Source: Pseudomonadota bacterium (lineage in GTDB: Bacteria; Desulfobacterota; Desulfobulbia; Desulfobulbales; SURF-16). From it: a DNA stretch of 64,000 bases. Position numbers and translations under genes: made by a program. Under the pieces are notes generated by a model, which made no database searches, had not been told where the DNA came from, and saw nothing but the letters and a program-made list of their open reading frames with translations. Shown here piece by piece: positions 8,883-16,380 of this stretch (position 1 is its first letter; each line of letters begins with the position of its first letter). Where the stretch lies: positions 1,599 to 65,598 of the forward strand of contig JAZDEG010000042.1 of assembly GCA_043809085.1 (NCBI GenBank). The letters run 5' to 3'.

Positions 8883-9023
8883 TAAGTCCGCCTTTGGATT
8901 GTCGGCTACGGTATCAGAAGCCGGGTGATGGTGGGGAAGAGAGAGGCGAGGACAGCGGGTTCGTATATACAGAAACAGTGGTCATGTATAGCGGGTGAAT
9001 CTTTGACAATACTTATCATGGAT

Positions 9024-9112
9024 GTCCCCTTTTCGCCACCGTCCCCTTTTGCCACCTTTTCGCCATGTCATTCCATGCCATTCGATGTCATTAATGTCAT
9101 TAAGATGTCATT
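9024..9112. repeat. iteron-like repeat cluster: tandem GTCCCCTTTT(C)GCCACC x2 (plus a partial copy), then five ATGYCATT boxes at about 10-bp phasing
   Basis: GTCCCCTTTTCGCCACC is at 9024-9040, GTCCCCTTTTGCCACC at 9041-9056 and TTTTCGCCATG at 9057-9067. ATGTCATT/ATGCCATT boxes start at 9065, 9075, 9085, 9094 and 9105. Confidence 0.75.
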
Positions 9113-9122
9113 AACGACACAT

Positions 9123-9428
9123 TCAGCGGCTTGTTCGCTGCAGTGCTTTGTTGGCTAAAATATCCTTAAGTCCACCAGAAACATATTTATGCAACACGCT
9201 GGATACGAGAGACTGGTAAGGCAAGCCCTCTTCTATAGCTCGACGCTGCAGCGCCTCAAGGTCACGGCTCGAAATCCGGATGTTGATGCGCTTATCTTTT
9301 CTAATTGTTTCCTCTGCCAATTTGGCAAGCTGAGTTCGTCGCTCGTTTTTTAAGTCAGATTCAAATTCGCCTGCCTCAAATGCCGTCAGTAATTCCAGGT
9401 CTTCTCGATTCAATTTCTTATTACTCAT
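9123..9428 (-). CDS. ribbon-helix-helix (CopG/BrnA-like) antitoxin-type DNA-binding protein
   Basis: The C-terminal segment KRINIRISSRDLEALQRRAIEEGLPYQSLVSSVLHKYVSG is a typical RHH of BrnA-type antitoxins. A GAGGGGGG SD lies upstream. Confidence 0.65.
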   Translation of the reverse strand: MSNKKLNREDLELLTAFEAGEFESDLKNERRTQLAKLAEETIRKDKRINIRISSRDLEALQRRAIEEGLPYQSLVSSVLHKYVSGGLKDILANKALQRTSR

Positions 9429-9486
9429 GAGGCCCCCCTCAAGTAAAGCTTTGTAGCCTTTCGGCTTGGGATGAGGTCTTACAAGT

Positions 9487-9765
9487 CTAAGGCCACTTCA
9501 TTGCCCCATGCAACACCCTGATTATTTCTAACCAATTATCCTTTATACGATATGGAATAAAATATGGAGTCCCGGTGATAATCAGTTCTTTGGTTCCGGT
9601 TTTTCTACCCGGTCTGCCCATCCCAGGCTGCAAAACCAAATCATTTTCTACAATGCTTACAATTCTTAGAACAAATTTTTTGGCGGCCTGCGGTTTATCC
9701 CTTTCAATGTATGAACGGAGAGACTGGAGATCCGTTATGGCTTGCTCTGTCCACCTTACTCGCAT
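9487..9765 (-). CDS. parE: ParE/RelE-family type II toxin
   Basis: The sequence is MRVRWTEQAITDLQSLRSYIERDKPQAAKKFVLRI..GRPGRKTGTKELIITGTPYFIPYRIKDNWLEIIRVLHGAMKW. The ATG at 9765 overlaps the upstream antitoxin stop by 10 nt. Confidence 0.8.
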   Translation of the reverse strand: MRVRWTEQAITDLQSLRSYIERDKPQAAKKFVLRIVSIVENDLVLQPGMGRPGRKTGTKELIITGTPYFIPYRIKDNWLEIIRVLHGAMKWP

Positions 9766-10022
9766 CTGGGCGGTTCTTTCTCGAGAGATGTGTTCCAGCT
9801 TGTCACCCAATTTTTAACATCTTCATGGTTGACCATTCTTCCAGCATCAGCACTTCTGAGACCTTCCTCGATTGCTTCAATCTGCCAGGCCTCTTGCCTT
9901 AGATAATTTTTTATTGCCTCAACAGCACAAAAAGATTTTGTCCTCTTGGTCGATTGAGCAAGTGACGCCAGCTGTTCAGCCAAGTCCTTTGGCAATCTTA
10001 CACTAATAGTAGTAGTTGTCAT
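9756..10022 (-). CDS. RHH (CopG/ParD-like) antitoxin
   Basis: The ATG at 10022 has AGGAGG 7 nt upstream (the track ORF starts at 10148). The sequence is MTTTTISVRLPKDLAEQLASLAQSTKRTKSFCAVEAIKNYL. Confidence 0.8.
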   Translation of the reverse strand: MTTTTISVRLPKDLAEQLASLAQSTKRTKSFCAVEAIKNYLRQEAWQIEAIEEGLRSADAGRMVNHEDVKNWVTSWNTSLEKEPPRCE

Positions 10023-10216
10023 AAAAGCACCTCCTGAACACATTGTAATACATCGTGTACGGCATGGCAATGACAATATTTTCCAACCAGCACCCTCTGA
10101 TACAAAGTAATGCAAATCCCTATTTTTATAGTACAAAATACTGGCCATCTAGCAATTCCCCACCATCAGAAAGGTCAACATATCCCATTTCATGAAAAGT
10201 GAGGATAATCCAAATT

Positions 10217-10276
10217 GACTAACATGCACTATTCGGTTTAGGGTAATAATTTGCAAGGAAAATATGGGGATGAAAG
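10217..10276 (+). repeat. right copy of the 60-bp direct repeat, overlapping the genuine cls start
   Basis: See 8823-8882. Confidence 0.9.
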
Positions 10277-11472
10277 AGTGGCCTGATATGAAAAAGTTGC
10301 GCCAGTATAAACGATTTCCCTGGCATGGCGGCAATCAGGGGCAATTGCACCGGAACGGCGATGCCTTTTTCCCGGCCATGCTGCATGCCATCTCCGAAGC
10401 CCGTGAGTTTATCCTGCTGGAGATGTATCTGGTGGAGTCGGGCCGGGTAACGACCGGCTTTATTGATGCCCTGCTGCAGGCAGCTCGGCGGGGTGTCAAG
10501 GTGTGGCTGCTGTTTGATGCCTTCGGTTCCCTTGGTCTTGCAAGCCATGATGCCGGCCGCCTGTCCCATCCGAACCTGCAACTTGCCTTCTTCAATCCCT
10601 TCCATTTTTGGCGGCTGTTCAACGTGGACAGCCTTTTCCGCGATCATCGCAAGCTGCTTGTCATCGACGGCAAACGGGCCTTTGTCGGCGGCACTGGGCT
10701 GGCCGATGGTTTTGATCCGAAGGTTTCCCCGCACGGCTACTGGCGGGAAACAATGGTTGAGGTGCAGGGTCCGGTGGTGGGTGACTGGGTGATGTCGTTC
10801 CGGCAAATCTGGCGGCGCGCCACCCGCGCTGAGCTCCCCCTTGCTGAATTTGTTGTTATCCCTCCGGCAGGGACATTGCGCGGCCGGGTGGCAATCAGTT
10901 GCGCCCCGATCCACCGGGAAATAAAGCGTTCCTTTTTTGTGCAGGCCCGCCGGGCCAGAGCACGGGTATGGCTCGCCACCCCCTATTTCATTCCCTCCGG
11001 CAAAATAAGACGCACACTTCGCAATGCCGCCCGTAATGGCGTTGATGTGCGGGTTCTCGTGCCGGGCGGTTTCAGTGATCACCCGGTGATGACGCTCATC
11101 GGTCGTCGTTTTTACCCCCGCCTGCTGCTTTCCGGCGTGCGCATTTTTGAATATCAGCCGCGCTTTCTGCATTACAAGGCGGTGCTTTGCGACAACTGGA
11201 TATCCCTTGGTTCAGCTAATTTCGATCGTTGGAATATGCGTTGGAATCAAGAGGCCAATCAGGAGATTCTGGATGCGGAGTTTGCCGAGGGCTTTGCCGG
11301 GATGTTTGCGGACGACTGTGCCGAGGCCGTTGAAATAAGAATGGCTGATGTGCAGAAGCCCGGTTGGGCAGGGCGAATCCAGTACTGGTTCTGGAGCCGG
11401 CTGGATCGGTTAATCGCTTATCTGAGCCACAGCCGTTTTCACAAGCAGAACCCTTTTGAGGGAGAAGAGTAA
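10264..11472 (+). CDS. cls: phospholipase D-family cardiolipin synthase (ClsB-like, no N-terminal TM helices)
   Basis: Two HKD motifs are present: HRKLLVIDGKRAFVGGTG and HYKAVLCDNWISLGSANFD. Confidence 0.85.
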   Translation: MGMKEWPDMKKLRQYKRFPWHGGNQGQLHRNGDAFFPAMLHAISEAREFILLEMYLVESGRVTTGFIDALLQAARRGVKVWLLFDAFGSLGLASHDAGRLSHPNLQLAFFNPFHFWRLFNVDSLFRDHRKLLVIDGKRAFVGGTGLADGFDPKVSPHGYWRETMVEVQGPVVGDWVMSFRQIWRRATRAELPLAEFVVIPPAGTLRGRVAISCAPIHREIKRSFFVQARRARARVWLATPYFIPSGKIRRTLRNAARNGVDVRVLVPGGFSDHPVMTLIGRRFYPRLLLSGVRIFEYQPRFLHYKAVLCDNWISLGSANFDRWNMRWNQEANQEILDAEFAEGFAGMFADDCAEAVEIRMADVQKPGWAGRIQYWFWSRLDRLIAYLSHSRFHKQNPFEGEE

Positions 11473-11583
11473 CTCATTTTTGCTCCTGATGCCGGGAAGC
11501 CCTGAAATATGATGAATCAAAAAAAGCTTGGATGAATGAATATCCCCAGCTTGACGGGGGAATGCAGGGTTGCTATATTATGT

Positions 11584-11597
11584 ACCGAACGGTCGGT
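11584..11597. promoter_or_regulatory. imperfect palindrome ACCGAACGGTCGGT, candidate TetR operator
   Basis: 12/14 self-complementary. It lies 25 nt upstream of the TetR start. Confidence 0.3.
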
Positions 11598-11621
11598 TTT
11601 TTCAAGATTCAAGGTGAATGC

Positions 11622-12206
11622 ATGCGGGAAAGCAAGGGTGAAATGACCCGGAATCATATACTGAAGACAACCAGAAAACTGCTGGTTGAAAAGGGTTTCT
11701 ATAATACCGCGATCAGTGAGATAATTGAGGCCAGCGGAGTAAAAAAAGGCAACCTCTACTATCATTTTGCCAGCAAGGAAGAGCTGGGATTGGCGGTTCT
11801 GGAGGATGCCAGGGATGAGTTTTTTGCATTTCTGGAAAAATCTTTCCAGGGGGGTGATCCCATTGAAAAGGTCATTTCTTCCTGCGAGGCGATCCTGGCG
11901 GAACAAAAAAAGAACAATTTTGTCGGAGGCTGTCTTTTTGGCAACACCGCGCTGGAAATGAGCGACAATAATGACAGGTTCGCCGTGGTCATCAACGAAG
12001 TTTTTTCCGTCTGGACGGATGTTTTAAGGAGCCATTTCGATGAAGCGCGGCAGGGCGAAATTCTTCTGAGTCCCATCCCTTCTCGGCTGCTGGCAAAAAC
12101 CGTGGTGGCAGCTATTGAGGGGGGTATCATGATGTCCCGGGTGAGAAAAAATGAAACCGATCTGGTTGATTGTCTGCAGTCACTGAAAATAATCATGGGA
12201 AGATGA
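11622..12206 (+). CDS. TetR/AcrR-family transcriptional regulator
   Basis: AAGGTG SD precedes ATG 11622. The HTH segment is TRNHILKTTRKLLVEKGFYNTAISEIIEASGVKKGNLYYHFASKEEL. Confidence 0.85.
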   Translation: MRESKGEMTRNHILKTTRKLLVEKGFYNTAISEIIEASGVKKGNLYYHFASKEELGLAVLEDARDEFFAFLEKSFQGGDPIEKVISSCEAILAEQKKNNFVGGCLFGNTALEMSDNNDRFAVVINEVFSVWTDVLRSHFDEARQGEILLSPIPSRLLAKTVVAAIEGGIMMSRVRKNETDLVDCLQSLKIIMGR

Positions 12207-12332
12207 AGTGTTGTTTGAAAAGATACCTTCTCTTTCGCGGCAACCGGAAAAAATGCAAGAAGCAAGGGAGATGGGGCGGGAACTCATGCCTTGGTGTAAT
12301 ACGACAATAATAGTTGGTCAGGAGATCGAATC

Positions 12333-12779
12333 ATGAAAAAAATCACATTGGCAGTCGGTATACTTCTTCTTTCTTTTGTTTTGGCGGGGTGCGCCGGGAA
12401 AAACATGAAAAACCCGCGTTTGGCGAATATTGGCAATGGAATTTGCCAGGACACGGTCAGCGGTCAGATGTGGCAGATTGAAAAAAGCCGATATGCCAAA
12501 AGCTTTGAAGAGGCAAATGCCGTAATAGCCGAACTCAACAGGACAACCGGCTATACGGACTGGCGATTGCCCACGGTTTCCGAGCTTTTTGATCTCAATT
12601 ATGTATTTGATTTGCACCAGAACGGCGAATGCACTCTGGACAGGGAAGGAGCATACTGGTCTGGAGATAAAGACGGAGAGGGTATTGTCGGAGCGTGGGA
12701 AATTTCTGCGGATCAATGCGACCCGCAACGAAAGTATACTCCGGGGGCAAAGGGGTTTGTCCGTGCGGTGCGACCGTAA
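12333..12779 (+). CDS. DUF1566 (Lcl C-terminal domain) lipoprotein
   Basis: The lipobox is LLLSFVLAGC. The sequences WRLPTVSELFDL and YWSG are typical of DUF1566. Confidence 0.7.
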   Translation: MKKITLAVGILLLSFVLAGCAGKNMKNPRLANIGNGICQDTVSGQMWQIEKSRYAKSFEEANAVIAELNRTTGYTDWRLPTVSELFDLNYVFDLHQNGECTLDREGAYWSGDKDGEGIVGAWEISADQCDPQRKYTPGAKGFVRAVRP

Positions 12780-12869
12780 AGGATTTGTCCGGAAAAACAG
12801 GGGGAGAATCGGGTTGGCGTTCACAAAGCTGGTGTGAGCCTTTTGAGTCTTCAAGCTTGCGACAGCCGG

Positions 12870-14180
12870 TTAGTCTTCACCGAGATAAGAGTAAACAGAC
12901 TCCCTTTTCGTAGTCGGTGGCCCGCAGTTGGGAAGGGATGTATCCTCAAGGGCAATGTCTGCCGCCTCCTCCCGGGCAAGCCGGATCTCCTGAGCACTCA
13001 GTTGCCAGCCAAATGTTTTTGACCGCATAAGATTATCATCAGATTCCTGGAGATGGGGAAGTCCCAGGGCATGGCCAAGCTCGTGGGCAGCTGTGCGCGC
13101 CGCGGAAGATCTGGCCGGATTCGACGCCCGCGCAAGGACAGGTGCATCGGTCATCTGGATGTATTCACCATCGTAGTATCCGTTCAGTCCGCCTATATCA
13201 GGGGAAAACCACATGTCGAGCCCGTCGGCGAGGGGGGCATCGTTGAAAACGGTGTGGATTTCAAAACAGATACCGGCCTGGGACTGCCAAATCTCGTTGA
13301 TTTCGGCGAAAACAGGTTCAAATTCCTCGGTGGTTCTGCTGCTGTTCGCCAGATGGACACGCAGTTGTATGCGATAGACCGGCAGATTTTCAGGGGCCAG
13401 TCTGCTTCTTGGCTTTTGCTTGGATTTGATCAGTGCCCCGGCCAACCAGTCAGCAATCAAATTTTCGACGTTGTCAACCTCGCCGAACATGTTGGTGCCG
13501 TGGATATTTTTTTCCTCAAAAACCCGCAAAGTTGCCCCGTTGTTTTTCAGGTGGTCATAAATGGCGGCGGCGCCTCGCTGCTGTTCTTCTGAACTGGTGA
13601 GAATGAGCAGAGGTTTACCCGGCCAGTTTTTGATATGATTCATGGTCGGGATACCAAGGTACTCCTTGCCCGGTGTCATCAGGACCACCGCGGCAACCGG
13701 TTCCACCCTTGCCGATACCGTATGGATGGCCACGCTGCAGCCAACGCTTGCCCCGACCAGGCCTACCCGGCCGGGATCAATGCCGTGATCGATCAAATAG
13801 CGGACCGCAGCCTCGGCGTCTTGATGCATTTTATTAAAAAATGCGGAATCTTTGGCCAGAACCCGCTCGGCATCGTCGTTTCCTGCCGGGTCCAACCGGC
13901 TTTCGCCATGGCCACGCATATCAATGGCAAGAGAGGTAATGCCGCGGGCGCTCAATTGTTCGATCAGCGGCTGCCAGCTTTGCCTGTCCTGCCGATACAT
14001 ATGGAGAAGGACGACGCCTGCCCCGCCGTCACCCTTCATGAGGCTGCCGGTGATTTTATAACCGTCTGCCGCTGTCAGAACTATCTTTTCCGGGGCGGCC
14101 GCTGCCGGAGAAAAGAGGAAGAACACTGCCAGCAGACTCAGGATAAATTTGTATAACAGGTGAATTTTAATTGTTTTCAT
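12870..14180 (-). CDS. secreted fusion protein: alpha/beta-hydrolase domain plus C-terminal metzincin-type zinc metalloprotease domain
   Basis: It has a signal peptide (LLAVFFLFSPAAAAPE). The hydrolase shows VVLLHMYRQDRQSW..MRGHGES and the nucleophile elbow GASVGCS. The C-terminus carries AAHELGHALGLPH (HExxHxxGxxH) followed by NLM. Confidence 0.7.
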   Translation of the reverse strand: MKTIKIHLLYKFILSLLAVFFLFSPAAAAPEKIVLTAADGYKITGSLMKGDGGAGVVLLHMYRQDRQSWQPLIEQLSARGITSLAIDMRGHGESRLDPAGNDDAERVLAKDSAFFNKMHQDAEAAVRYLIDHGIDPGRVGLVGASVGCSVAIHTVSARVEPVAAVVLMTPGKEYLGIPTMNHIKNWPGKPLLILTSSEEQQRGAAAIYDHLKNNGATLRVFEEKNIHGTNMFGEVDNVENLIADWLAGALIKSKQKPRSRLAPENLPVYRIQLRVHLANSSRTTEEFEPVFAEINEIWQSQAGICFEIHTVFNDAPLADGLDMWFSPDIGGLNGYYDGEYIQMTDAPVLARASNPARSSAARTAAHELGHALGLPHLQESDDNLMRSKTFGWQLSAQEIRLAREEAADIALEDTSLPNCGPPTTKRESVYSYLGED

Positions 14181-14193
14181 TATGGCGTCATAA

Positions 14194-15342
14194 TCAGGGC
14201 ATTATTTCTTTTGTTTCCTCTTCCGCATCCGTTGGTTCCTCTTCGGAACCGGGGGAGCGGGAATCATTTGATTTTCGTAGTGATGATGCCACCTCCGGCA
14301 GAAATTCCTTGAAGGATTCTCCATAGATCTCCCATATTGTGACAAACAGGGCTGCAAGGATGGGCCCGACCATGATGCCGATGATCCCGAACATGGAGAT
14401 GCCGCCCAGGGTGCCGAAGAGAATAAAGAGGTCATGCATCTGGGTGTCATTGCCGACGAGTCGAGGCCGGAGGAGGTTGTCGATGTTGCCGGCAAGAAGT
14501 CCGCAGACAACTCCGAGGATAACGGCGCCCGTTATGTTGCCAAGCAACACCAGGATGATGAGGGCCGGAAGCCAGATGATGGCCGTGCCGACGCTTGGGA
14601 TGATGGAGAGAACGGCCATGAGGCTGCCCCAGAACACGGGACTCTGGATGCCCGCCATTGAAAAACCGATGCCGCAGAGGGCTCCCTGGATGATGCCGAT
14701 GATCAGGGTTCCCTTGATTGTCGCCTTGGCAACCGAGGTGAATCGTTGCAGCAGGAGTTGTTCATCCCGGTCTTCCAGGGGCAAATAAAAGAGAATTTTG
14801 TCCAGTAGTCTGCGGCCGTCAACGAGAAAATAAAACATGGTGTAGATCATGATGATCGACATGAGGGCGGCATTAACGGTCATTTTCGTCATGGAAGAAA
14901 GAGAATCAATGAGCAGGGTGGAGGCGTTTCCGACCAGGATGCCGAGTTTTTCGATGATCACGTCCCGGTATGGGAGGAGCTCTTCGTAGTAAGGAATTTT
15001 GTCCTTGTAGTCGGCGATGGCGCTCGGGTGCTGGAGAAAGGATTTGACCCATGGTGTGACGGACTCGCTGACGTTAATCGCCTGGGAGACAACAACGCCG
15101 ATAAGCCCGGTGAACGGGAGCAGGACAAGACAGGTAACGGCAGTGATGGTGAGCAGGGAGGCAAGATTTTCTCTTCCCCGGCAGAGAAGAAGGAGCCGCT
15201 GGTAAAGGGGATTGGTCAAGGCGGAAAAGAGACCGGCCATGAAGATGGCCATGAGGAACTGGCGGGTCATGGCAAGAAATATTGCCGAAATGCCGAGGAC
15301 GATAAACAGAAGGACAATTTTTTGTGCGGTTTTTGGCGACAT
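14194..15342 (-). CDS. AI-2E family transporter (PerM/UPF0118)
   Basis: It is a multi-TM protein ending in NLLRPRLVGNDTQMHDLFILFGTLGGISMFGIIGIMVGPILAALF. The start is uncertain: ATG 15342 versus TTG 15402. Confidence 0.75.
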   Translation of the reverse strand: MSPKTAQKIVLLFIVLGISAIFLAMTRQFLMAIFMAGLFSALTNPLYQRLLLLCRGRENLASLLTITAVTCLVLLPFTGLIGVVVSQAINVSESVTPWVKSFLQHPSAIADYKDKIPYYEELLPYRDVIIEKLGILVGNASTLLIDSLSSMTKMTVNAALMSIIMIYTMFYFLVDGRRLLDKILFYLPLEDRDEQLLLQRFTSVAKATIKGTLIIGIIQGALCGIGFSMAGIQSPVFWGSLMAVLSIIPSVGTAIIWLPALIILVLLGNITGAVILGVVCGLLAGNIDNLLRPRLVGNDTQMHDLFILFGTLGGISMFGIIGIMVGPILAALFVTIWEIYGESFKEFLPEVASSLRKSNDSRSPGSEEEPTDAEEETKEIMP

Positions 15343-15710
15343 GGCGTTGGGGGAAAAAGTGGTCTGGAGGTTCACCGTAACGGGAAATGCTTTCGAATAC
15401 AATTATGACCTGTTGGCCAATGCTCTGCAACTATTTAAATGACTATTTAAATGTGAAAAAGTTTCAAGGGAAGCCGGGAAGGGTAATGAAAAGAAAAGTG
15501 AAAATGAGGAAGTACGCAAAAAGACGGGAAACGGTGCAATATTTTCCTGATGTTGTAAAATAGATGGTGATATGCGTTGTTTTGACGTATCTCGTTGTTG
15601 CATCTGTGTTTTTGTGTAAAAGCATTATGTCTGTTGAGGGATTCTCGACCATGTTCGTATTGATCAATCATGAGACAGCTGATGATGCGTAATCGAAAGT
15701 GATAAACACC

Positions 15711-16079
15711 ATGAAAAAAACAAAAGGACAGATCGAGGCGGAAATAAGTGACGCCATCATCAAGTTCGAAAAGGAATATATGGGCCGAGGGCCCTTGGAG
15801 ACCAAAACCCATATCATCGGCGATATGGTGTTGGTGCGGCTTAAGGGCGTTCTCACCCAGGCCGAACACCAGCTTTCCAAGCCGGGGGAAATGAGCAACG
15901 GTCGGGAATTGATTAAAAAAGTGCGGATTGCTCTTTTGGAAAAAGGCCGACCCCTGATGGAGGCCGTGGTGGAGTCCATCACCGGTCAAAAGGTAAAAAG
16001 TCTGCACACGGATATCAGCACCGTGACCGGCGAGAGAATAATCCTGTTTACCTTATCGGCTTCAACCGGATTTGAATAA
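15711..16079 (+). CDS. DUF2294 domain protein
   Basis: The sequence is MKKTKGQIEAEISDAIIKFEKEYMGRGPLETKTHIIGDMVLVRLKGVLT..TGERIILFTL. Confidence 0.65.
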   Translation: MKKTKGQIEAEISDAIIKFEKEYMGRGPLETKTHIIGDMVLVRLKGVLTQAEHQLSKPGEMSNGRELIKKVRIALLEKGRPLMEAVVESITGQKVKSLHTDISTVTGERIILFTLSASTGFE

Positions 16080-16104
16080 TCGATGGCCCCTTCGTTTTTT
16101 CAAC

Positions 16105-16132
16105 TTGACAGCCGGAAAAGCGAATGTATTTT
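16105..16132 (+). promoter_or_regulatory. sigma70-like promoter (TTGACA - 16 nt - TATTTT)
   Basis: TTGACA is at 16105-16110 and TATTTT at 16127-16132. It lies in the 300-nt gap after the DUF2294 gene. Confidence 0.4.
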
Positions 16133-16295
16133 AGTAGATAATATCAGGCGGAGATCTGAAAGGCCTTGTTGTAAGGCTTGTCGGATTGAGATCAGGGTGC
16201 ACCGGCAAAAAAGTGTGCGAGGATCTCTTTTCGGTCGATACACATAACGATAACAGGTCCGGACGAGCTCGATAAGGGCGCGATCTGGAATAAGA

Positions 16296-16343
16296 GGTCG
16301 AAGAATCACTGGTTACACCGGTGGTCTTCGACCTTTTTTTTTT
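16296..16343 (+). terminator. rho-independent terminator (9-bp GC stem plus T10)
   Basis: GGTCGAAGA (16296-16304) pairs with TCTTCGACC (16325-16333). T10 follows at 16334-16343, ending 38 nt before the next start codon. Confidence 0.8.
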
Positions 16344-16380
16344 GCTTTTTTTCATTAACAGAGCAGGCGGGAGAAATGAC

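Noticed and set aside
8042-9428. The BrnA-like RHH plus GNAT protein as a TacA/TacT-type (RHH-GNAT) toxin-antitoxin pair.
   Set aside because: The genes are about 350 bp apart, separated by the direct-repeat copy and the iteron-like array. The RHH is BrnA-type (C-terminal RHH), not DUF1778. The GNAT protein is larger and has an extra C-terminal domain.
10240-10262. GG-N10-GC (AGGGTA-ATAAT-TTGCA) upstream of cls, and similar TTGCATAAGGAAA words at the starts of the GNAT and nuclease-like genes, as sigma54 promoters.
   Set aside because: The -12 element would sit only about 5-10 nt from the start codons, and the -24 half is poor. The shared word is more simply an AAGGAA ribosome-binding context.
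16170-16290. Assignment of the leader upstream of 16381 to the ykkC/PRPP-ppGpp-guanidine riboswitch family.
   Set aside because: Only short word matches occur (AGGGT..CCGGC, GGTCCG..GAG, GATAAGGGC). The spacing is about 40 nt too long and the ACACGG..GGGA core is missing. The case is not supportable without a covariance-model search.
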